Positions 37,908 through 49,500 of a DNA stretch of 64,000 bases are shown one piece after another. Source of the stretch: Utricularia gibba (lineage: Eukaryota > Plantae > Magnoliophyta); contig NEEC01000007.1 of NCBI GenBank assembly GCA_002189035.1, positions 2,790,001 through 2,854,000 on the forward strand, given 5' to 3'. A model generated the notes under the pieces. It was not told the DNA's origin and did no database searches. It saw only the letters and a program-made list of their open reading frames with translations. The position numbers and the translations under genes are program-made. Each line of letters begins with the position of its first letter. Within the stretch, counting starts at the first letter, position 1.

Positions 37908-38228
37908 TTTCTTTCGGAAAAATTACTCCCCAACCCAGTTACCGGCAAGATCAAAGCCGATTCTTCTTCAACGGATGAAATCACGACGAAGTTAGGTTCT
38001 GTAAGAAAAGGCGATCTTAGTCGTATGTTTAGCAACCTAATTGGAATTTTTTCGTACTTTGCCCCTGATCGACGTAGCCATGGAATTGGCCACCCAATTG
38101 GAATTTGAAACCGCACTATTCGTTACCTTGTCTAATGCGCTCCATTGATCAACTGGGTTCGGTTCTTCCTTTGGTTACAGTCGTTCTTGGGTCTGATTCT
38201 AACGACACGAAGGTGTGATCTTTATGGA

Positions 38229-39608
38229 ATGTACAGAAAAGCAACGGCAGATCAGAGCTTCCTCACCCTCCTTCAGCTCTCCGACACTTTCTCCAAACTC
38301 ACGCAGGTCCAGGGGAAGATTATCAAGATGGGTTTCCAGAATAACCAGTTTATCCTCACTAAGTTCGTCTCTGCTTCCTCGGAACTGGACAACGTCCACT
38401 ACGGTTGTTCTTTCGTCTTCTCCAAAGATTCAAGGCCCCATCGTTATGACACGTTTCTGTACAACACTGTCATAAGAGCTTATGCTCAGACGACTCGTTT
38501 CAAGCTCAGGGCTATAAGGTATTACAACGAAATGCTCGTTCATGGAGTTGAACCCACCAGATACACATACCCTTTTGTTTTCATGGCGTGCTCCGGCATT
38601 GGGGAACTTAGTTTGAGCAAAAGCGTTCATGGTTCAGTAGTGAAGCTTGGATTTTGTGGGGATAGATACGTTCTGAACGTGATGCTTCATGTGTATTGCA
38701 GCTGTGAAGGAGGGATCACATCAGGGGAGAAGGTGTTCGATGAAATGCTGAAGACAGATTCAGTTCCTTGGAGCACAATGATGGGTGGATACCGTAATCT
38801 GGGGTTGTCAAATGAAGTCATCGAACTGTTCCGAAAAATGCAGATTGCCGGAGTGAGGCCCGATGAGATCACCATGGTGATGCTACTTTCTGCTTGCGCT
38901 GACTTGGGATCCCTGAAACTTGGAATCTGGGTGGAAAGCTATATCAAGAAGGAGAACCTGAAGATGAACTCGGCATTATGCAATGCTCTGATAGACATGT
39001 TCTCCAAGTGTGGCGATGTTGATAAAGCATTGATCTTGCTGCAGAGAATGCCGGCAAGTATGCGGAACATTGTATCCTGGACTAGTGTAATCTTCGGAAT
39101 GTCGCTATACGGCCGCGGAAATGAAGCGATCTCGCTATTTGAAGAGATGAAGCAATGGGGAGAATCTCCAGATGATGTGACGTTCATGGCTCTGCTGTCT
39201 GCGTGCAGCCATTCTGGTCTAGTTGAAGAAGGAAGACGATTTTTCAAGTCGATGGTGAATGAGTACAGAATTGAACCAAGAATAGAGCATTATGGATGCA
39301 TGGTAGATTTGCTGAGCAGGGCCGGACTTGTCAAGGAGGCGATCGAGTTCATCGACCGAATGCCGATGGCACCAAATCCGGTAATATGCCGGACATTGAT
39401 AGCTGCCTGCCATGAACAAGACGAACTCAGACTGATAAGTCAAGGAATGAATGAACATCTACTGAAAGAGGCAATGCAGCCGTCCAACTATGTTCTACTT
39501 TCCAATTTGTATGTAAAAATGGCGGAATGGGACAAGAAGAAGACCATCAGAGATGTAATGGAGAAGAAGGGGGCGAGAAAGATGCCTGGGCACACCATGG
39601 TCGAGTGA
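38229..39608 (+). CDS. PLS-class pentatricopeptide repeat protein ending at the E domain (no E+/DYW), intronless
   Basis: Repeats FLYNTVIRAY, TYPFVFMAC, WSTMMGGY...PDEITMV.LLSACADLG, NALIDMFSKCGDV, SWTSVI...PDDVTFMALLSACSHSGLV, EHYGCMVDLLSRAG, NYVLLSNLY...KMPG. Likely ATG at 38229, in frame with the 38145 ORF. Confidence 0.88.
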   Translation: MYRKATADQSFLTLLQLSDTFSKLTQVQGKIIKMGFQNNQFILTKFVSASSELDNVHYGCSFVFSKDSRPHRYDTFLYNTVIRAYAQTTRFKLRAIRYYNEMLVHGVEPTRYTYPFVFMACSGIGELSLSKSVHGSVVKLGFCGDRYVLNVMLHVYCSCEGGITSGEKVFDEMLKTDSVPWSTMMGGYRNLGLSNEVIELFRKMQIAGVRPDEITMVMLLSACADLGSLKLGIWVESYIKKENLKMNSALCNALIDMFSKCGDVDKALILLQRMPASMRNIVSWTSVIFGMSLYGRGNEAISLFEEMKQWGESPDDVTFMALLSACSHSGLVEEGRRFFKSMVNEYRIEPRIEHYGCMVDLLSRAGLVKEAIEFIDRMPMAPNPVICRTLIAACHEQDELRLISQGMNEHLLKEAMQPSNYVLLSNLYVKMAEWDKKKTIRDVMEKKGARKMPGHTMVE

Positions 39609-39948
39609 AAAGCAGGTGTTCTTACACAGCCTTATCGTAGTTTCAACTGCTTTCTGAAGAAACAAGGTTTTGACAGGTTGATTAAGCATTGTAACATATT
39701 TCAAGAATGCAACAAAAGGGTATGATGTTTCTGGCGTGGATTCATGGAATCACACAGCAGCACATACACAAATACATCCATAAATGACAACAAAAAGCTT
39801 CAAAGAACCAGCAAGAGCCATTGCTCCCCTCCCAGTCCAGAAGTTGTGGAGCATTTATCAGTATAAAAACCTTCTACATGAACGTTGTCCTTTGGAGGCT
39901 CTTGGTTTCTTCATGCCCTCATATATGCAATAAAATAACAAGATGCGG

Positions 39949-42900
39949 CTAGCAGTTGACACCACATTGGCCTTGGGCAGCTCGTGTTGTTGCGTTGGAA
40001 GTGAAAGGATCGATCCTGACCCAGAGAAGTGAGAAAATAGAGGCAAGGAGGATCGACCAGACGATGACAATGGTTGGAGTGCGGTTTTGCCTGCCCAGCA
40101 AACCTTTCAGGAATGGATAAAGATGGACGATCACCCAAATGGAGAAGAAGAGCTTTCCAAATAAAGGTCCCCAGGACTGGTAACCACTGTTGATCGCATA
40201 TGAGACACCGGCAACGATTCCTACCAAGTTGAGGATGAGGACTGTGGTCGGAGGTATGAGGAGGGATGTCCATTTGAAGACATAGAGCTCCACAAATTCG
40301 CCATCATCATCAGATGCCTTTGAAGTGACTGTAAAATTAGTGTCGATTCCAGCAAGCACTTTCAAAAGACCTTGGAAGACAGCAAAGAGATGAGCTGATG
40401 TTCCACCAATGACCCAAAATTGCTCATTTCTCCACCAATCCTCAACAGTGACTCCACTCCATCTCATTTCCAGGATGCCCGTGGCAAAAATTGAGATGAA
40501 GAGAAGAATGAACCACATACTAGCGAAGTTACTTATCTGCATAAGAAGCAAAAGCAGAGTTATAGTTCTAAGTAAAATCCCAGCAAGCTTGCCAAACAGT
40601 GAGAAATTCATCAACCAACCTCTGGTATAATGAATTTGTTCGTGAGAAGACAGATAGCAGGGAGAATGCAATAAGCAAGCAAGGGGATGGAGGTTAGAGG
40701 ATACACGATGGTATTGATATATGCAAGTCTCTCCAAGAGTTGCAGCCGCCCACTGTAACCATACCATATTGGACAGTGCCGACTAAGAAGAATTTCGATG
40801 GATCCCAAAGCCCACCGGAGCACCTGGTTCAACCGATCTGACAGATTGATAGGAGCAGATCCCTTAAAAGCAGGGCGAGGTGGCATGCAGTAGATTGAAA
40901 TCCATCCACGTGCATGCATTTTGAATCCTGTTAGAATATCTTCTGTGACAGAACCATAGATCCATCCAATCTGAAAAATTTCAAGGAAACGAACTCATAC
41001 AACTGAAAAAGATACTGTCTTGAAAAACAGACAAATGCCACGAATAAGCAGAAGGAGATAGTGAGAGAGTGAACTGATTATGAGGAGGGTGTTAACATTA
41101 CCTCTTTTCCCCACTCCGTTTTGTCTTCAAATCCACAACTGATAACATGGATGGCCTCTTTCAAAAGAGAAGCAGGACTAGTTGTGGGAGGAATGCCTCC
41201 ATTTTCCATGAATGTGGCTGCAATGAAGACCGGAGACTGGCCAAATCGCTTTTCCAAGCTCTTTTGGCTCATAAGAAGAGATTTCTCTTCTTCGTATCCT
41301 GCAAAAAAAGCTTAACGATGTAAATTATCAATTCGAAAAGAAACGCATAACCATGTCTTGAGTGCTATGTCTACCTTCAACACCCTCCTCTATGTCATCC
41401 ACGTTAAACATAGGCACGGAAGATTCACTTCTCTTAACTGCTGGCTTTATGTCACTGTTCTTCTTGTAGGAATTTCTTCCTTTCTTCCTAGAGCCACAGC
41501 AGCTTCTAACAAGGATATTGGGCTGCAAATCTTCTTCTGTTAGGACAGGATCATATCCATAGAGCGCTTGCCTGTTGAAGCAACAACCAGTTCCAACATA
41601 AACAGGACCCTGAAGGCCATCCAACCCTTTCAAGTTGATCTGCATAGAAATAGGTACTTCAAAATCAGTAAGAGTTTCCTCAAGAGAAGTTCACATATAA
41701 TGCTAAAGATCTCACGTACATCAAAAAACACAATATTGCGGTTAGCGTATCTGTCGTGCAAATCAATGCCATCGAAACGTTGCGGGAACTGAACATAACA
41801 AGTTTTCTTCCCATAACCAGGATCCATCATAAAACACATGGCTTCTTTCAAAGCTTTGCTGTTGTTGAAGTAGTGATCACAATCAACATTCAGAAGATAT
41901 GCTCCATTTGTGAGAACCGCAGATACACGAATCTGAAAAAAAAAGTAATTATGCATTATACCAATGAGGAATACATGAACTGCAGGCCAAACAAAATGAA
42001 AGAAAACTGTATAACGAATATGTGGATCAATAATCACATACCAAAGCATTCATGGCACCAGCTTTCTTGTGATGCTGGAATCCTGGACGCTTTTCACGAG
42101 AAACATAGACCAGCCTAGGAAGTTCATTTCCATCTGTATCAAGACCACCACTGTGCCCAAGAAAGACCTGCCATGTGAAGAAGCATTAGAACAAGTGCAA
42201 ACAGAAAAGGAATCACCAAATAAGCTGAAAAATGATACCTGGATCATTCCAGGATGGTCACGAGTGTTATTCCCCGGCCAAGGTGTTCCATCTTGCATCG
42301 ACCATCCTTCTTCAGGCATCTTTTGAGCTTTTGCAACAAGGGCATTGATACGTACTTTAAACTCTTCATACTCTCTCTGCAATTAAAGGCTAACATTATG
42401 CCATGCACAAAAGCTTTCTCACAGAAATACAAACTAGACACTGAAATATACCTTCATTGCCCGCCGCTCTTTTACAAAAGAAGGTTTAATCTTGTCTTTA
42501 AGGTAGTCTATCTTCTGAACAAAATAAAACTCTGGGGCTCTAGGCTCAATATTATGTTTCTTGCAGAAAGGGACCCATTTACGAGCAAACTCAGCTGTCT
42601 CAGAAAGGGCCTCAAACGTCAGCATTGCAGCACCATCATCAGAAACATAACAGGATACCTTATCAACAGGGTAATCCACAGCAAGGATGGACAACACAGT
42701 ATTGGCAGTTACAAGAGGAGGCTCTTTCATTGGGTCCACCGTACTAACAAACACATCAACAGGTGCCAACTGCGATGGCTCACCTTCTCTATCATATCTG
42801 AGAATAAGTTACATTTTCTCAGAATGTTAATATGCAAAGAATTGATCCCACCAAAAAATAGACCATAACTCATTGAGTTCTTCCCATGTCCTGAAAATGG

Positions 42901-44902
42901 CATATATGGGAAGAAAAACTATACCAGCAAAGGGAGAAAGTACAGATTACAGGAAGAAAAAGTACTTAAAACATCTTGTGAACAGAGTAAGTGACACTCA
43001 CCTCAGAGCTAATCTATCAAGGTATGTCTCACGGTTGACAGGATACCATTTCGGAAATTGGTCAAGTAGCCAAGATAAGGCGAACCATATCTCACAAATA
43101 ACTGATGTCAGCCATAATGGATAAGCATCACGTACAGGATGTGTGCACCGGTATTGCAAGAAAAAGCCCAAGATAATCAGTCGAAGAATGATTATAATGC
43201 GATACGGTGTAAGATGAGAAGAATCAATGGACACAACACGGCTCATTGGTTGGCGAGCATCATCAGCCCTGTTTCAAATAGGAAAAAAAGGCAAACTATC
43301 AAAATCAGCAAAGTTCTCTCAACAAAAATAATGGCACGTGAAAGTGAATTGAAGCAAAATGCAAGGCTCAAAACAGTATAGATCTATTTCAAACAACAAT
43401 CAACACAAGTCATAACCAAATTGTGTCAAATTTTGGGAAACCAATATGCTTTGAAGCTCACATCAGAAGTTCTTCACCATTCGACCCAGTGCCTTCAATA
43501 TCTCCTTTCCCTTCGCTGTATCTGTTTGTAGAATGTACCATGCTTTTCTCCTGCTTAAGCCTCCATCCCTCTACTCTCTCTTTCCAGTCCACATTTCCGA
43601 GGCCATATGAATTCAAATCTTTTGAGGGATCAACAATTCTTACAGGTACTGCAAGCATTTGTGGAAAAATCAGTTGTCTTAGGTGTATCTCATTGCTTTA
43701 CTCTCATATCATCACGTAGCATATACTAGTTGGTACGCACCTGGTTGCCTCGGATCAACATATGGAAGGGAGTGGACACGGTCTGCTGGTCCCAATGGCC
43801 CCGAGGTACTTCTTATAGAATTGGTGTCCTGCATAGAAGGAGGCGGCATCTCACTGGAAACCTGTCATAAGCAGACAACAGAAGAGAAAACTGCAACATT
43901 ATTCATGTATTCTTGAACATAACCCATTAGAAGAATGGTTAAAACTTACAGGCTGTCCATTGGTGAGAAGAGGAATTGGTTGCTGAGATTCACGTCTAGA
44001 AGATCCAGATAGCTCAACATCGTCTCCACGCCACTGGTTTTTCGTCTTTCTTATGGCCTGGGAATAACTAAACTCATTGTCCAAATCATCTACATCATCT
44101 TCTTCATCATCACCATCAACTCTTTGACTCCCTAGGGTTGAGATCATGATACATGTGGAAAAACGTAAGCAACATAACAAAAGGAAGAAAAAAACACCGA
44201 ATCAGCTCACCTTTTTGCCGCTTGTACCGAGTCTTGCATTGGGGACAAGACTGGTTTCCCTCTTTACGCTCATATTCGTAGCAAGCTCGGCAAACTGGAA
44301 ATGCACATTCGTTGCAAGCAACAAATGTATCACCATTTGCAGCAACTCCCACGGTGTCTCCACATATCTGGCATATCTGGCCATTCAAGTTCTTCGGAGG
44401 CTTTGGCTGCATTATCAAGAACATCCAAGTCATTGGTCGCCACCCAATACAATGGAAACTGAAAAATCTACACTCACTATGTGAAAGTCAAAAGGTTCAA
44501 TCAGAAATAAGGGACTCAAAATCTACATCCAGTTGCTCATGAGTAATGGGGAAATAATAAAAACGCACGGCTTAAACCCAAAAACAGACCAACGCATTGG
44601 ACTCAAGTCAAGCGAGCTCAGCTGCAGCATTTTGTACAACAAGCTCATATTCCACAGAAATCGTACCTGACCCATTCCTCCATCCACACCAAGATCAAAA
44701 ATTTCAACTCAAAAATCACTTCATCACCAAAAGAAGTAGATCCAATCCCAACAAAAACCCGTACAGGAGGACAATCAACAAGCCCTCCCATAATTTCAAC
44801 CAAATGACGAAACAAGCATACCGCACTATCGGAATCATGCCGAATCCTCACAATCTCGTTTCTCTTGTGCGATCCAGCCACCATTCCCTTGTTCACCTCC
44901 AT
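39949..44902 (-). CDS. CESA1: Cellulose synthase A catalytic subunit, CESA1/CESA10 clade, 14 exons
   Basis: [21 protein letters not shown] start; RING zinc finger CQICGD...[17 protein letters not shown]...CPQCKTRY; [24 protein letters not shown] and QVLRW motifs; C-terminus GQCGVNC typical of CESA1. All introns GT-AG. Confidence 0.96.
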
Positions 44903-46599
44903 ACCTCGACACAGGATGATGGGACACAAGTAACCGCAGAAGGAAGAAGGGCGACTCTAGGCCTCCATTACTGAATCCCTGCCTCCCTCCGCTTCTAACA
45001 TCATTATATTCGCTCAAAGAGAGAGATCAAGTGATCTTGTCCGGATGCATTAAAATAATACAATTTTTTAAGCTCTCGGCCAGTAGCCGGTCAACAGCGT
45101 TGCTATTCATGCTTGTACCCGCCGCTGAAAACATTGCACATGGCGTAACTGAATCAAGATTCGGTGGTTGCATACCCTCCAAGTCACTGTCGTCAAGTAT
45201 TACTGTGGACAGCCTGTGATACTGCAGTGACCGCCTGTAGCCGGTTCCAGCTGTCGGTGTCGGTGGCTATGAAATGAACTCTGGTTTCAAATAGCCCCCC
45301 AATAATTTGCAAGTAATTGCAAAACAGCCCCACAAAACTAAACTAATCAAAGCAGCTTTTGGACCTTGATTTCACGGTCTAACAACCACGATGGTTGAGC
45401 CATTTTCGTCAGGCCACTGCCCTTAGAGCTGCTGCCACGTGTCTTTGCATTCCCAATAATCCATGAAAAGCACAACCCAAGCGTGTGACACTAGCAAATT
45501 TGTAGTAAAATAAATAAATAAAATAATATATACTTTTTAGATTTTAAAAATCAATTATTATATTTATATATTAGCTATGCTTGTGTTTAAAAACTATCAA
45601 TTCGAATTTAAATATTATAAACTAAATTATATGAATTATTTATTTAGTTACAATATTTATTATTATATTAATATCATTTCTTAATTTTTTTTAAATCTAG
45701 AATTATTTATCATTTTTTAAATTCTTTTATTTTTATATTTCATTGATTTTACTTTGATGTTTCTAGACAATTAGGTTTGTACTTTTCAATGTGTCCTAAA
45801 TAATTAGACACATACTTTACAATATACTTAAAGAGTAGTTCTTGGTTACCCATAACATCAGTTACCACTTTGTATTTAAAATATTATTACTAATATTAAA
45901 ATTCTAAAACTACTAAAATAAAATTTTATTTGTTTACAATTGACTGTTACAATTTTATTATTTAAACAAATATTAATCTTTTTTTTTTCATTACTAATTG
46001 TCAATTGTTGACCACCATCCAATGCTAGTCACCCCACCACACTCACAATGTAATGACTCATTCGTATTGTCTAAAACAAGTATTTTTCACCATCGCAATG
46101 TATATTGATGTCACGTGAACTTTGGCCTATTCATCTTTTCACAAATGCATTCGGGCCACCCTTGGAATGTTATGTCATATTTAAAAAACAATATAATTCA
46201 ATATTTTGATATTTATAGTTGTCACCTGAATTTTGACATATTCACCATTTATAAAGAGAAAGGTGCTCTCCATCGGGATGTGTGCCATGATTGTGTGGCT
46301 CGTTGAGATTCCAAATACGATCATGAGATTTTTAACAAAGGAGGTTGGATTAATGTATTACAAAAGTTCATACATGCACGATCTACAGGAGCTTCCTAGT
46401 TATCCAACCCCTAGTAGTGTAATGACCAAAGCCAAGACAACCTCAAAATGTAGCTTTTTTCAACCGATTGATGTCCAGTGACATCACTCAATTTTGGCAT
46501 GCTCAATATTCATTCATAGGGGGGAGGGGCATGGGTGAGGTGCTCTCATAGGTGATAGGCCCCACCCTAGGGTGCCTTGCATCTCTAATGAAACACCAT

Positions 46600-49500
46600 A
46601 AAGTTTTTCGATGTTGAGATATCTAGCATTGTCGCCTTCGTTTTGGCATATTCAACATATATATGTCATGACATGAGGTGAAGTAGCCCAAGTTGGTCGA
46701 AACCTCCTTGTGTGGTGACAAATGTCAATTAGGAGGTTGGTGAAGGTATTGCTTGAGGAGGGGTGACAACTAGTGTAGGTTGAGAGGTTTATTAGGAGTT
46801 GTGCAGAGCTAGCAAAAACTAGCTAAAGCTGGCGGGAGCTAGTGAGAAGTTTGTTGGCACTGACGGAAGTCGACACTCACGGGTAGTAGCTGGTGAGAGC
46901 TGGTGGGAATTGTTGGCCGCTTGGATGAGTATTGCATGTTGCATGACAGGACACATGGCATGGGTTGAGCAAGGCATGGGTAATGCATGTGATAGGAAGG
47001 TGGATTGTTTGAGCGAGTGTAATGGATGGGAGTTATGGTTAGGGGTGCGATTGTTCATGAAATGGCACAACCACCTAAAATGGCACCAAGAAGTATAAAA
47101 GGAGAAGGAAGGGGCATGCCAAGAGAGGAGGAGAACGACATGCTAAATTCATGCAGAATGTTCCATTTTGAAGGTTGATCGCACTAGAAGGGAATGGTAA
47201 AGAGTTATGGAAGTATACAATAGTGTAGACTTAGCTTTTGAGTCTTTCAAGATGAGGTTTGGATTGTAGCCAAGCACTCTGACGACAACCCTTAGGGGTG
47301 TGAGTGTGTAGAGAAGCTTATGTGAGCCTTCAGGTAGAATGAAAAAGAGTCTCCTTGGTCAAAACCCTTATCAACATTCAATGTGCATTCTACATCAATT
47401 TGGTACCAGAAGGAGGGCAAGGCTGTTGGCAATGACAGGAAATAGTGGAAGAGGTTTTTCTCATCATGTGCATTCTAGAAATTGAGATTTTTACTTATTG
47501 GAGCAGCATTGTGATACTTTAGAAGCACAACTCAATCAAATGATCACGAACATGAAACAATTGGTATTGCAACAAGCTCGTATTCTAGTAGTCCCTCATT
47601 GGGTACCATCTTTGAGTGAATAAGAACACTTTTCATCTAGTAAATTTGAAGCCAAGAGAGATCATTGGTGGGGTATTCAATCTCACAGTATCAACAATGA
47701 TGTGGATTGTCAATGGAAGAATAGTTTTAAAATTGAAATTCTTGAATTTTCTGGAACATTATAGAACGAGGAGTTTTTTGATTGGTTAGCCACTGTTGAA
47801 GAAGCCCTTAATTTTAAGAACATACCGAACAATCACATGATAGCCTTTGTTGCTACAAAATTTCAAGAACCAGCTTCAAGATGGGCAAATGAAAACTACA
47901 AAGTTGAGAGAAGATTAAGAAGTCTCTCAAAAAGCAATTTCTTTTCTAAAATATCAAAGAATTTTATTTCAACAATCCCAGAGTTTAAGACAATGTCCGA
48001 CGCTATGGAAGAGCATGTCAGAGATTTCTATCAATTAATTGCTCGAGTTGATCTTCAGGAGACCGACGATCAACTTCTAGAGTGATACATTTCCAACCTT
48101 TCCCCTCTTATTTAAGATGTTCTGAATTTGTTTGATCCCTTGTTAATTGAAAAGCTTACCAATGTGTTTTAGTGGTAAAAATACGATGGAAAAAGGAGGA
48201 CTCACATTCAAGCAGTCCTACCGTTAGTACTCCCTCACCAACCAAAGAACCATTTTCCTTTTCTATGGTAAATCCATCGGTGACCCATCCAATCGTAAAT
48301 GAACTCCTAGTTTAAAGTGCTATACATGTCAGTTTGACCATAAACAAGTAGAGTGTAAGAAGTTTGGAAAACTAACTATGAAGGTTGAGAATGTTGAGGG
48401 ATTTGAGGATGATGACGAGGATGTTCGCTTTTCCAATTTATTTGAAGAAGCTATTGAGGAAGAATTTGTGAGTGGCGATGTGGTGGTGGGTGAAGTGGCA
48501 ACTTTGTTTAGCTTCAATTGCTTATAGTAACAACTTATAGTTGAAAAATAATATGGTTCAAATTACTTGTACAATAAAGAGAAAGATTTGTAGAGTAGTG
48601 ATTGATTTCAAATTGGAAGATGCTGTTTCGAAATTGGCATTAGAGTGTGAGTTTCATACGAAGTCGTACCATATTGCTTGGTTAGAAAAGCGAGAAGTTC
48701 TCAAGGTAGATAAGTGGACTCATGTTACATTCTCTATTGAAAAGGTCTTTAAGGATGAAATTTGGTGTGATATGATCAAGATGGATCTATGTCATTTACT
48801 CTTGAGCCGACCTTGGAAGTATGATCGCAATATAATGCTTACTGGGCAAGCAAATACTTATTCATTCTCATTTCGGGGCACCAAAGTGGTATTGTTACCA
48901 AACCGACCAAATTCAAATGACATTATTGTTTCTGTGAACTTGTTCCTTGGCAGGCAACTTATTGAGGAGATTGGAGGCTCTATAGCTGTGTTACTAATGA
49001 CTAAGTAGTTGAAATCGCCACAAACAAAATATCCAGATGATACAAAAGAGATATTAGATACCTTTTTTAAGGTCTTCTCGACTAAACTCCTTGATGTTTA
49101 TCCCTCTTGCATGATATTTAACACCATATTGATCTTGTCTCAGGTTTATCTTTACCCAATAGAACCCATTATCGTATGAGTCTTAGGGAACATCAAGAAC
49201 TTCGAAAGCAAGTTAAAGTCTTGTTAAGGGCTACATTCGAGAAAGTTTGAGTCTATGTGTTATCTTTGCCATCTTGATATCCAAGAAAGATGACACTTGG
49301 AGGATGTGTGTTGATATTCGAATTATCAACAAGATCACTATCAAATATCATTTTTTCTATTTTGACGTTAAATGATCTTTTGGACCAAATTCATGGAATC
49401 AAGGTTATTATACACACTAGGTTTAAAGAGTAGATATAATTGGATAAGAATCTGCCTGGGGACAAATACAAGTACTTTCATGCGTGCAATGAATCAGCTA

